A model generated the notes under the pieces. It searched no databases and was not told the DNA's origin. It saw only the letters and a list, made by a program, of their open reading frames with translations. This document shows, piece after piece, positions 40,103-50,881 of a stretch of 64,000 nt of DNA. Made by a program: the position numbers and the translations under genes. Positions within the stretch are counted from its first letter, which is position 1. Every line of letters starts with the position of its first letter. Origin of the DNA: Octopus sinensis (taxonomy: Eukaryota); NCBI RefSeq assembly GCF_006345805.1, contig NC_042997.1, forward strand, positions 170,686,001 to 170,750,000, read 5' to 3'.

Positions 40103-40619
40103 TAAAAAATAAATAAATGCGCCCTTTTAAAGCCTAGCCAGGCTCATGGGCCCGGTTTCCCGGTTTCTATGGCGTATGTGTTCCCCAGCTGGACGGGATG
40201 CCAGTCCATCGCAGTGTTACTCATTTTTGCCTGCTGAGTGAACTGGAGCAACGTGAAATGAAGTGTTTTGCTCAAGAACACAACGCGTCATCCGGTCCAG
40301 GAATCGAAACCACAATCTTACGATCATGATGCTGACACCTTAACCACTAAGCCACGCGCCTCTACAAAAAATGTTCCTTCTCTAGCCATGCCATGCTCAT
40401 AAGGGACGGTTTCCCGGTTTCAGTGGCGTAGAAATTCCCCACCTGGACGGGACGCCGGTCCGTCGCAGGATTACTCATTTTTGCCAGCTGAGTGAACTGG
40501 AGCAACGTGAAATGAAGTGTTTTGCTCAAGAACACAACACATCGCCCGGTCCAGGAATCGAAACCACAACCTTACGATCATGAGTTCAACACCCTAACCA
40601 CTAAGCCACGCGCCTCCAC
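40103..40619 (-). mobile_element. Two tandem SINE family C copies
   Basis: Each has the head gcgcgtggcttagtggttagg...ggtttcgattcctggaccgg and the body ttgagcaaaacacttcatttcacgttgctccag...gcgacggac.ggc.tcccgtccag. A 12-bp direct repeat taatggatcaca lies at 40091-40102 and 40620-40631. Confidence 0.9.
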
Positions 40620-40715
40620 TAATGGATCACACAGCTGTCCATAATGAAGAGTTAAATAAGTTCCCACTACTGATGGATCTCATTGCTGTTGCACATCCAG
40701 TATGTCACATAGTTG

Positions 40716-41124
40716 GGATCTTTTCGATTTGACCGGCAGTTTTTAAAAATAATTTCCACGTAACTAAACACTTTTAAACTTCGTATACTGGTAGAATGTG
40801 TTTATAAAACATCTTTTTCTCTTGGCTTTATTGAGAAAATTCCATAGTTTGTAAGATATTTGTTGTCTTTTTCTTCAGTTTCTGCAATTTCAACCAATCA
40901 ATGACGTCTATTGAGGTGAAAACATTCTGTGCCGTATGAATGTGTCCCTCGTTTAAGAAACAGATTGGGTTTATTTACATTTGTGAAGGAAAAAAGATAC
41001 TCTTCCCCCCACCCCTAACCCTAAAACAGATTGAAATGCAATAGATCGATACTAGGGTCATAATTATGGGTGACAATTTCATATGACACCGCTAGAAAAA
41101 AAGGCGGTCAAACCGAAAAGATCC
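40716..41124. mobile_element. About 410-bp GGATC-terminal MITE (Merlin-like), opposite orientation
   Basis: Perfect 8-bp TSD CATAGTTG at 40708-40715 and 41125-41132. Body is the reverse complement of 17505-17915. Confidence 0.93.
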
Positions 41125-41199
41125 CATAGTTGATCCACACTAATGGATTATATAGTTTCCGTGTCCACTAATGGAACACAAAGTTGCTGCTAAAAAAAA

Positions 41200-41750
41200 A
41201 AAGAAAAAAAAACTTATTACAAATGCCTATTCCAAAGTAGTTTCCTTCTATTCTTTCGTTAGACAATTTCCTAAACCGCCAAGTTATTATCTGAAACTCT
41301 TCAAGAATTTCACTGATTATTACTATTTCTGTTCTTGTCATCCATACCAGTTAAATATCAACTATACATGTTAGAAAAACTGCGCTAGTACCGCTAATAG
41401 CTATTGCCGTAAATCTATTATGTTACCTTGGCTCTGTTCTGGTCTCTGTTGTCATTGCTTTTAACATCAAATTTCATGTTCCCAGCACCTATTCATTTAT
41501 ACGAAGAAGGCTGTATACCACCCGCGTATTTTAATGTTACTGATATGCTTTCTTGTTGTAGCATTTGTTGTCTTTGTTCTAAATTAGCCTTCGCAAATAA
41601 TCTGAAGCAATTATCTGTCACAGCGCACACCCGCTATGCTAATCTTACCGTCGTACAATTTAATGCTTCTAACGCATACATCAAACAGTGCTGTCACAAC
41701 CTCATTTCCTATGTATATTCACAACCCACAAACCTCTGAATGCAACACTG
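41200..41750 (-). pseudogene. Probable upstream part of the same Helitron helicase (motif I/Ia/II region)
   Basis: Broken frames read KANLEQRQ, FFV*..GAGNMKF, RFTAIAISGTSAVFL and EILEEFQIITW. These resemble LN.EQR, FF..G.GGTGKTF, IA.A.ASSGIAA.LL and LL....LIIWDE, in the expected order relative to 38770-39125. Confidence 0.55.
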
Positions 41751-42304
41751 TTAACTTCTGATTACTTCGACCCATACATTGTCATTATACTCTCACACTC
41801 ATATTTAATTCCATTTGCTGCAATTTATAACTTGAGCATTAGATGCTGTTTTGCTTCTCCCGGAAGAATTCATCATATACATAAATCAATATAGAATAAT
41901 AGATTCTCTGACACAAAAGTAAGGATCAGTTTGTAAATTCATTTCAGTTCCATGCAGGAAAAGTATTCGTCTGTTCTTGTTCTTTATTTCGTAAGGTTAC
42001 TGAACTTTAATACAGATATTCTAACCTGGCTAGAGTGGGGACTAGTTTTCTTATAGTTTAATGTCATGTTTTAACTACTTGGCAAAAGATGCTGGGAAAT
42101 ATTCTTTGCAAGTGTCTTTTCATCCAGTTGTTTTATGAGATGTAATAGCCGTGAAATTGTTTAGCACAACAGAACAGCGGATTAAGTTCAACATTCTAAG
42201 TTTAAATCATCAGGATCGACTTTATTTTTTGTCCTCCACAAAAAGTAAATGCTTGGAATATACTGACGTTAATTGAAAGGGTTGTCAAACGCCTCTAGGG
42301 ATTA

Positions 42305-42305
42305 G

Positions 42306-42352
<47 letters not shown>

Positions 42353-42381
42353 CATTTTTATTATTATCATTATTATTATTA

Positions 42382-42423
<42 letters not shown>

Positions 42424-42776
42424 CATCATCATTATCTCTATATATATAAACGGTAAAATGTCTGTGTGTGTCCTTTATACAAATCCACAATTTTTCAGTT
42501 AGAGGGCTCGCATTTTCTATGGTCATTCAAAACCGTCCGTCCAAGGGTGGTCGTGCACATGTTTACATTTCCCCAGACACCCCGCAAAGCCATTAAAGAA
42601 TTAATAGAAGTGACTTTTTTGTGAATTTTCTATCCAAAACCCAATCAAAATGCCCGAAACTTGATACGCCAATTGAATGCCAGCTAGCTGTATGTGATTG
42701 GTCAGAGATTTGGACAGCACTCGCGTGTATGTGCGCACGCACGCAGCTGTATATGCATGCCTGGTCATAGTGCTAG

Positions 42777-42840
<64 letters not shown>
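42305..42840. repeat. (TAT)n microsatellite split by a Helitron-like insert
   Basis: Runs at 42305-42434 and 42778-42840. Confidence 0.95.
42435..42776 (+). mobile_element. Non-autonomous Helitron-like element, about 340 bp
   Basis: a|TCtctatatatataaacggtaaaatgtctgtgtgtgtc ... ctggtcatagtgCTAG|t. The TC...CTAG ends sit in an A^T site with no TSD. Confidence 0.7.
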
Positions 42841-42841
<1 letters not shown>

Positions 42842-43130
42842 TAGTCTTATTTTTATAACGTGCTTTCACTACACTACCGAGCGTAGCTCTGTGTGCCTTG
42901 GGTATGTGCTGTGGTTTGCTGTGATGATCCCCCACTACTTCTGCTCGTGATCAGAGTTGCACATATCGCCAGCCACAAAGGGACATACTCAACTGGTTAA
43001 AGTCAAGCAACTGACACACAAATCTGTAGTATTGAGCAGAATATTTGCTGTAGCCCATCTTTTATGCCAAGACAAAACATGTAAATGATAACACTTCCAA
43101 CCAGTTAAGATCCGAAGCCATGAGAGCCAG
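42840..43130 (-). mobile_element. Retroposon 3' fragment ending in a (TAA)n tail
   Basis: The minus strand ends ...ctcggtagtgtagtgaaagcacgttataaaaataagactactgaataataat(aat)n, a unique body followed by a simple-repeat tail. Confidence 0.5.
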
Positions 43131-44070
43131 TGACTAGTTTCAGTGTGACTAGCTAGAGAATTGTCTATAACCTCTGTACGTCTTTTTAATCTGGTGAAAT
43201 AGATGCATTTGAGGTACAGCTAGAACTTTTGTAAGTCGGCGATGCCTGTTGGAGGAAACAGGAATAAGGAAGGAATTTCAGAAGGAATTTCAGAAGGTTC
43301 TAGGAAGAACAAAATGTTTAGGGAATGGGGGTTTTGAGTTGAGGCATAGTAAGATGAAAAGGAAAAACTGCATGTGGTGTACAACTCAATGGTTCAATGG
43401 AGTAGAAGCTATTATTGTAGAGTCACAAGAGACAGTGAGAAAACACAGCACATATTGTTGGTCATTGTGTGCTGGTTGATGAGACTTTGCCAATCAGCTG
43501 GGTACCATGTGAAATAGATTGTTTATGTAACAACAACAGCAGTAGCAGCGGCGGCGGCAACGCTAGCGGCTGCAGCAATAACGCTATCCCAAATAAATGA
43601 GCTGTACTTTAATTTTTGGTGGCTTTCATTTTGGAAAGGATTGATAATTGATATTTATGTGAAGTATTTTCTGTCTCTGAAGAAAAACCAAGTTTTTGGG
43701 CCGCCATTTTAGCAATATTGTATACATGCGTCACTATAGCCCATTTTTCTGCAGTTCTGAGAGAGATTTGGTTGCTGTTTCTAGCGGATCGAGTGACTGC
43801 GTCTAGGCTCCTTCATTGCTCCATAATGCGGTTATCCTCTGTCTACGCATGTGTGTGTAGTTTGAAGCAACAATAAGTAGTTTACATTGTGCTAAGTCAC
43901 AAGAAGCTAAGACGAGATTTCATTGAGTTTTCACTACAATCGGATCTTATTCGCTTCCATTAAACTAATAACGGTTTTAAGTTTTGCCACAAGGGCAGTC
44001 ATTTTGGGGGAGGGAATGGGTCGATTACATTGACCCCACTCTTCAATTGGTAAATAGAGGAATTTATCTG

Positions 44071-44301
44071 TATATGTAATATGTGACAATTATTCGGTAG
44101 CTATGATAAAACTCCGAGTTTCGGATGCCGAGGTGGAAATCCACGCCGCCATCTCTTCAGTTATCCGGCCATCGGAAAGAATGCTATGAAAATCTTTCCG
44201 ATGGCCGGGTAACTGAAGAGATGGTGGCGTGGATTTCCACCTCGGCATCCGAAACTCGGAGTTTTATCATGGCTACCGAATAATTGTCACATATTACGTA
44301 T

Positions 44302-44302
<1 letters not shown>
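44071..44302. repeat. Near-perfect palindrome (110-bp arms, 12-nt spacer), each arm with a hammerhead-like motif (probable inverted Penelope-type pseudo-LTR)
   Basis: Arms 44071-44180 and 44193-44302 have 4 mismatches. Each contains taa-CTGAAGA-gatg...catc-c-GAAA-ctcggaGTT-ttatc. Confidence 0.9.
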
Positions 44303-44337
<35 letters not shown>

Positions 44338-45017
44338 CACGCGTGTACACGCATGCGCGATGGATTTCCATACAGCTTACATCTACCAAATTCACTTACG
44401 TGGCATTGGTCGATTGATTGCTGTGGACCTATACTAGAAGACACTCGCTCAAAGTGCCACGCAGTGGGACCGACCCTGAGACCACACGTGGTTGCAACCC
44501 AATAAACTATTTATATTCTTCGAAGATACAGTGTACTCACCCTTAATCAACAATGATATTTGTAACAATAAGCCAAGTCTAGAAAATCAGTTAAGCTGAA
44601 AATAATATATAAATAAACAGAGAAAAGAGAACTACAATTGAGATCTTCGCAATGTTAAAATGAAGTGTTTGTTCAGTAGACACAATTTAAGATGGGGGTC
44701 ATTGTGTTCAGCACTTTCGCTTCAAGGAGGAAGCCATTTTATATATTTTTTTTAACTTGAAGATTAGTATCCGGTAAAAAGCTTTTAAGAAATTGTTGAA
44801 GCTTCTGGGGGATGGGATGGGAAGAAAGGTAATTTTTTTTCCCCCCCACCAAGTCTTTTTTTTTTACGAGAAATAAAATTAAAAAGTGAAATGTTCAGAC
44901 ATGCAACATAAAACAAAAACATGTTTACGCGTATAGAAGAAAATATAACAAACCTGACAATTCAGTCATAAAGAGAGAAGCGTCTGATGCTATTGTTGAA
45001 AGCGCGCGCGCACACTA

Positions 45018-45057
<40 letters not shown>

Positions 45058-45252
45058 CATATCGCTCGATTAAAACGCTTCAAGGCGGTGGGTGCCCCAG
45101 CATGGTCGCAGTTTAATGACAACATGAAAAAGATAAAAGAGATATATACGTACATACATACATATATACATACTTACCTACACATACACATATACGTTTC
45201 ATGACGACCTGTGGCCACATATGCATGTAGATGCACGTACATATACGTATGT

Positions 45253-45286
<34 letters not shown>

Positions 45287-45341
45287 TATTTATATTATAT
45301 ATACATATATACATATTATTTATATTATATATATATATAAT

Positions 45342-45394
<53 letters not shown>

Positions 45395-46025
45395 TATTGG
45401 AAAAAGACATCCGGTATAGAGGAATTTAAATCGTGAATAGCGAACTAGCTGTGAAAAAATGAAAAAGGGGAAGTGAAAAATAATAAAAATAAATAAAAGA
45501 ACCGCTTGTACTCGTGAAAGGTCAACCACTGTTTTGTGAGAGTATGCGAGTAATGCGACAATATCACGCTTACAATACAAGTTAGATATACATTGTCAAA
45601 CAGATTTTGTGCCCATACTGGAAAAGACATGTATAGGCAGACAGATATATATATATATATAAGCTTCGAATGTCTCGTCCGTGTTTTTTCTATCGTCTTC
45701 TAAATGTTTTACGTTCTTGTCCCAGTTTGTATTTTTCTACATATAATATATATATAATATAAGGGATATTAGCCAACTGAATATGGCTAGGGACAGGGCA
45801 GGGTGGTGGGGGTGTCACTGTTGCATTTAGCCCCAGGCGAACATCAACGTCACCAGATAGGCCGACGCCATCACGGCGTCCTCTATCTTGCAAAGGGAGA
45901 TCATTCACCAAGAAGCGGATACCACACACGGACCTAGGTTTCAAGGTGTATTGCCTATTATCAACGTGTGGTAGGCATCGCTTCTCGATGAACGACCAAC
46001 CGTGCAAGATACATATAAAGATTTT

Positions 46026-46190
<165 letters not shown>

Positions 46191-46599
46191 GGAGGAGAGG
46201 TGGGAGATGATTGTATGACTGAAGTGTCTATGTGTGTTCTGGTATGAGGTCACACAAGAGAGATAGGTAGATAGATAGATGGATAGATAGGGAGAGGGAG
46301 AGAGAGAGTGAAAGAGGAAGGAAGGGTAGAAATCAGTGCAGTGTGATGTAAATAAATAGAATGAAAAGAAAGAAATCAGACACATTTAACCGTTCCTTTG
46401 AATATTTTTGAATAAAACCAATAAATCAATAAACTTGATGATCAGTAATGTTTGAAACGAGGAAAGGAGAGAGAGAGAGAGAGAAAGAGAGAGGGAAAGA
46501 GAGAGAGAAAGAGAGAGAGGAAGCTTCCTTATTTTAGTGCAATGATCCAAAGAGAAACAAATTAATATTACATTGCAAGAGGATAAAGAAGAGATAATG

Positions 46600-46687
<88 letters not shown>

Positions 46688-47043
46688 CAACAATAATAAT
46701 AATTCTTTCAAATTTTGGCACATTTTAAGGGGAAAGGGCAAAAATAATAATAGCAATTTCTAAAGGAAGAATCAACATAGATAATCTTTATTGATTCTGC
46801 TCTTATAATTACTGGTTTTCTTATTATTGAGAATGTGTGTGTGTGTGTGTGTGTGATGCCAACTAGTAGTCTTAGTCACTTTAGTGAAGTCTATACTTCT
46901 GCCTTTCGGTTGTAAATTGCGAATAAGCCACCTTTATAATTTATAATTTTCACTTTTACCTTTTAGGAAATCAGCGTACGAGCTCTACGGTAACACATAT
47001 AACCTGACTAAACGAGCTAGCATAACCCACTAAGCAGATGGGT

Positions 47044-48777
47044 GGTTGGATTGTGTAAATGGTTGAATTTCAGTCACTGTTTCGTTTGCACCTGCATAAT
47101 CCCCGTCTACGGGAGGATTGAAGAAAGGAAGAGAGATGGAGAATAGACGAAGTTACGCAGCGGCAACGACACAAGGAATAAATGCCAACGCCCTGGAAGT
47201 ACAGGAAATAGAAATTGACACAAGAAAGAAGAAGGAAGGAAGAAAATTTATTAAAAAGGAGTGAGTCAGTCTAAAGCTGACTCCCCCAGAAGAACTGATG
47301 AACAGCGTAGCGAAGAGAACGATAGTATACAGAACGTTGTCTACGTCCTCGAACAAGATAGAGTTAGCAGCAACAGAAGAAATAGAGGAATGTCTCGAAA
47401 ATGTTAAAAAAATTGACCACATTCTATACACGTGGAAAAAATTATGGCTCACTGGAAGTAAGGTTTGGCAACGAAGGAGATGCCATAAACAACTCCACGG
47501 ACCAGTTACGGACAACGGAATGGATACTACTTCCGACGTACTGTGGCAAACGCGTTGCTAGAGTGAGAGTTGGAAGAGTGCCCCCCGAAATCGAGGAAGA
47601 ATGGCTGGTAGCAACCATAATGCACGATATGAAGGATGGGGTAGAGATCCTCAAGATAACGAGGATCCAATGGGTCAATTGGTGGAGATATGGCCTCGAA
47701 GTGACCATGCAAGTATGGTCTTTGGAAGACTTGCATAGTATAACGGAGGAAATAATACTCCCGGAAGACACCAGACTTCGAATAACAGTAGAAGGAAAAT
47801 CACCAACATGCTTCCAATGCGGCAAAAAAAGGGCACATGAAAGCAAAATGTCCCGAGAAGGAAAACGAAGAGGAGAAGAAAAGTGAAGAAAACAATACCG
47901 AAGAAGTAGTACCAATAAAAGTAGGAACCCTTCACAGTAGTAAACACGAGGAAGAGAAAGGAACAGGTGAATTCTCCCCCAGACAGTCAAAAAAGGTTAA
48001 AAGAGATTGTGACGGAAGAAAAGAGAAATAGGTGTGAAGCACCAACAGAAGCAATGGTGAAAGAAGGCACACAGAAAAAAACAGCATTACAACAGGGTGA
48101 AAGACGAAGCGTTTATAAAATCTGTTATGATGTTTCTGCACGCCCGAACAGATCAGGACGAGAGCCGAAGCAAGCAGAAGTGAAAAGGAAGAGATGTAAG
48201 TGAAAAGGAAGAGATCACGTATTCCGAAAGTAAAGAAATACAGAAAACGATTGTTAAATATATATCGGTAATAAGAGTAAGGCTGTCGCCAAGAAAATAC
48301 CCGGAATACACTAAAGGAATAGTCACAGATAAAGAGACATTTTTGAAATTGAGAGAGATGTATGAACTTTTCATAGACCCACTGGGGTTGAAGTCGAGTT
48401 TGACGAATTCTCACCGGTCGTGGAATTAGAAGATTTGAAACCCTTTATGAACATTTAAAAACAAGTAAAATTTGTACTTCATATTAGAAAACGAGGAAAA
48501 TAGACTTAAAAAGTTTAAAGAAAACAGAGAAAAAAAAAACGATCCAAAAAAAAGAGACTAAGAAAAAGAACGAGCTAAAAAAAGGATAAAAAAAGAAGAC
48601 TGTAAGAACGTTTAATTGTAAAAAATGAAATCACGGTTTCGTCTCGGAGCGGGGCCGAAAAAACCGTCTCATATTCATTGTAATTCATTGTAATTCATTC
48701 TTTCATATGTTTTTCTGTTCCTGCATGTTTGTGCATGTCTCCTCTGTATTCAGGTCTTGTGCCTATAATAAAGGGAA
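47044..48777 (+). mobile_element. 1734-bp non-LTR retroposon carrying only a Gag-like ORF1 (L1/Tx1-type), no RT
   Basis: Exact 15-bp direct repeat actaagcagatgggt at 47029-47043 and 48778-48792. One frameshifted ORF fills the interior, followed by an A-rich 3' UTR with AATAAA 10 nt from the end. Confidence 0.8.
47136..48458 (+). pseudogene. ORF1/Gag-like nucleic-acid-binding protein with CCHC zinc knuckle (frameshifted)
   Basis: ATG at 47136 (MENRRSYAAAT). The frames 47298..47561, 47401..47886 and 47837..48031 join into ...RVRVGRVPPEIEEEWL...RLRITVEGKSPTCFQCGKK-GHMKAKC (CX2CX4HX4C), then a K/E-rich region and a tail ending ...EDLKPFMNI*. Confidence 0.85.
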
Positions 48778-48797
48778 ACTAAGCAGATGGGTAAGAA

Positions 48798-48841
48798 CCA
48801 CTGACGAGCATTAATGAAATGCGAAATCACTGGTGATCTGG
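48798..48841 (+). ncRNA. Minimal type I hammerhead ribozyme, canonical core
   Basis: cca-CTGACGA-gcatt(aatga)aatgc-GAAA-tca(ctgg)tgATC-tgg. Stem II has 5 bp, stem III 4 bp and stem I 3 bp. Predicted cleavage after 48838. Confidence 0.8.
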
Positions 48842-48969
48842 CTATGCCCCGGATGCTGTAGGGAGCCAGCCTCCCTTGTCAGTGCTTTCTCGTGGGTAAG
48901 AGTTCTTTTGATTCTTATTTCTAGCAATGCTGGCGCTAACTAGTACCCTTAATTACTTTAGTTTTTAGT

Positions 48970-49170
<201 letters not shown>

Positions 49171-49174
49171 CTTT

Positions 49175-49880
49175 AAAAATGTTTTAGCCCGAAGGCTGCG
49201 GCCATGCTGGGGCACCACCGCTGAATGAGCTACACTAGTTTGTGAATCCACCTCTGATACGTGGCACTTGATCAACAAGGGAGTTCGATGCTGCTGCCCG
49301 CATCCGTGTCTCCTGTCGTGAGGTAGGTCATCTGGGACTCCCAACAAGAAGAGATCCAGTTTAGTTTTAAAGAAACCCACATCCACACCATGTAAGTCTC
49401 TCAGGCATTTAGGGAGGATGTTAAAGAGCTGTGGTCCTCTGAAACCCAAGCTGTTGCAGTATCTGGACCTGTATTTTGATGGTGATGTTGGAATCCTTGG
49501 CACCACGCAGCGGCGCCCCGTTCTGCGGTTGGAGTAACTTTGAATGCCAAAGTTTGGGACAAGACCTCCAGGATTTTCCAGATGTATATCACTGCATATC
49601 TCTCCCGCCTCCGCTCCAGGGAGAAGAGGTTTAATACCTTCAGTCTTTCCCAGTAGCTGACATTTTGCATTGAGACGATTTTCTTTGTGTAGCTTCTCTG
49701 AGTTGCTTCGAGTTCTGCTGTTTGTTTTATATTGTGTGGTGACCAAAGTTGGGAGCAGTAGTCCAAGCGGCTGAGGACGAATGTTTTCCATAGGACCATC
49801 AGTGTCTCCTTCTCTCTTGTTCTGAAAGTTCGGAGAATCCATCCAGCTAGCCTTCTGCATTTTATCACCAGATTAGCAAT
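49175..49880 (-). mobile_element. 5'-truncated CR1-group LINE (RT C-terminus and 3' UTR)
   Basis: RRLAGWILRTFRTRE...LWKTFVLSRLDYCSQLWSP...LEATQRSYTK...YWERLKVLNLFSLERRRERYAVIYIWKILE|GLVPNFG...NSLGFRGPQLFNILPKCLRD...FKTKLDLFL (49401..49931 and 49165..49860, one frameshift). Sits in a (TA)n tract. Confidence 0.95.
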
Positions 49881-50150
49881 ATATATATATATATAAACAT
49901 ATATACAAGATAAGAAAATGGAGAAATACATCTAAATCAAATATCAATTACCAGATAATACTCAATCACATACTTTATTAAACCACCACATAAGAGACTG
50001 CAGGGTTAAATATAAAAAGCAGAACAAATCAGTGTACATAAAGGAATGTACATAAAAAAGTGTACATAAAAGAGTAATGTTGTATAATAATTAGAGTATA
50101 TATAAAAAATAATATAAATACAAGTAAATATAAATATAAGTATAAATTAG

Positions 50151-50277
50151 ATCTTACAGCTGTTTCGGCCATGTCGTTAATTATGTCTCATTTTACCAAT
50201 ATTAGCCCTTTATGGTTGGTCAATATATAGATATAAATGAGACATTAACAAAAATATCACAAGGCCTCTTCGGAGAT
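50151..50277 (-). ncRNA. Type I hammerhead-like motif with variant core (CCGAAGA) and long stem II
   Basis: Minus strand: atct-CCGAAGA-ggcc(about 90 nt with an internal hairpin)ggcc-GAAA-c(agct)GTA-agat. Stem III is the palindrome ACAGCTGT. Confidence 0.65.
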
Positions 50278-50809
50278 TATGTAATATAACACAGTCCACA
50301 CATATACCCACATGGGTGTGGGTGCGTACCCACAATACAACATATATATATACATATGAGTGCATATACTCACACTATACAAAATACATTTACATAATGA
50401 TATAAATAAATAATATAAATTAGTAAACATATATATGTGTTCCACATCCAATGTCTCAGTTTTTCGACTTAATATTGTGATAATAAACATACACAAATTA
50501 ATACCTAGATGTAAATATACATAGTCAATAGTACATTATATTACTTCATAATAGTTTCCAAAGTGTCATTAAAGTTAGTATCATTATCGTTGCCAATACA
50601 ATTTATGTTATCATTGTTATCATACATAATATTATTAATAACTCTTACATTATGATCCAGAGCAGAATATATATATATATATATATTTAAATAATGAGGG
50701 AGATAAATTTAATATTAATTTAATTAATATCAATTTAAAACCAGTAGTCTAGCATACAAAAATCAGAGAAAAAAAAAATATATATTTATATATACGTATA
50801 CATAATTAA

Positions 50810-50843
<34 letters not shown>

Positions 50844-50881
50844 GTAGGTAGGTATGTATGTCTATATATGTATATATATAC

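Noticed and set aside
41428-41739. 103-aa plus-strand ORF with a signal-peptide-like start and Cys residues
   Set aside because: Better explained as the antisense of the Helitron helicase remnant.
42170-42215. Minus-strand CTGATGA; similar isolated hits at about 8190, 15018, 51625, 63622 and 63763
   Set aside because: No GAAA at a paired stem II and no closing stem I. Such hits are expected by chance.
43530-43590. CAG/GCG-rich run suggesting a poly-Ala/Ser/Gly coding exon
   Set aside because: A short degenerate trinucleotide repeat with no splice or ORF support.
47442-47990. 182-aa and 160-aa minus-strand ORFs (47442..47990, 47932..48414)
   Set aside because: Antisense shadows of the purine-rich plus-strand ORF1.
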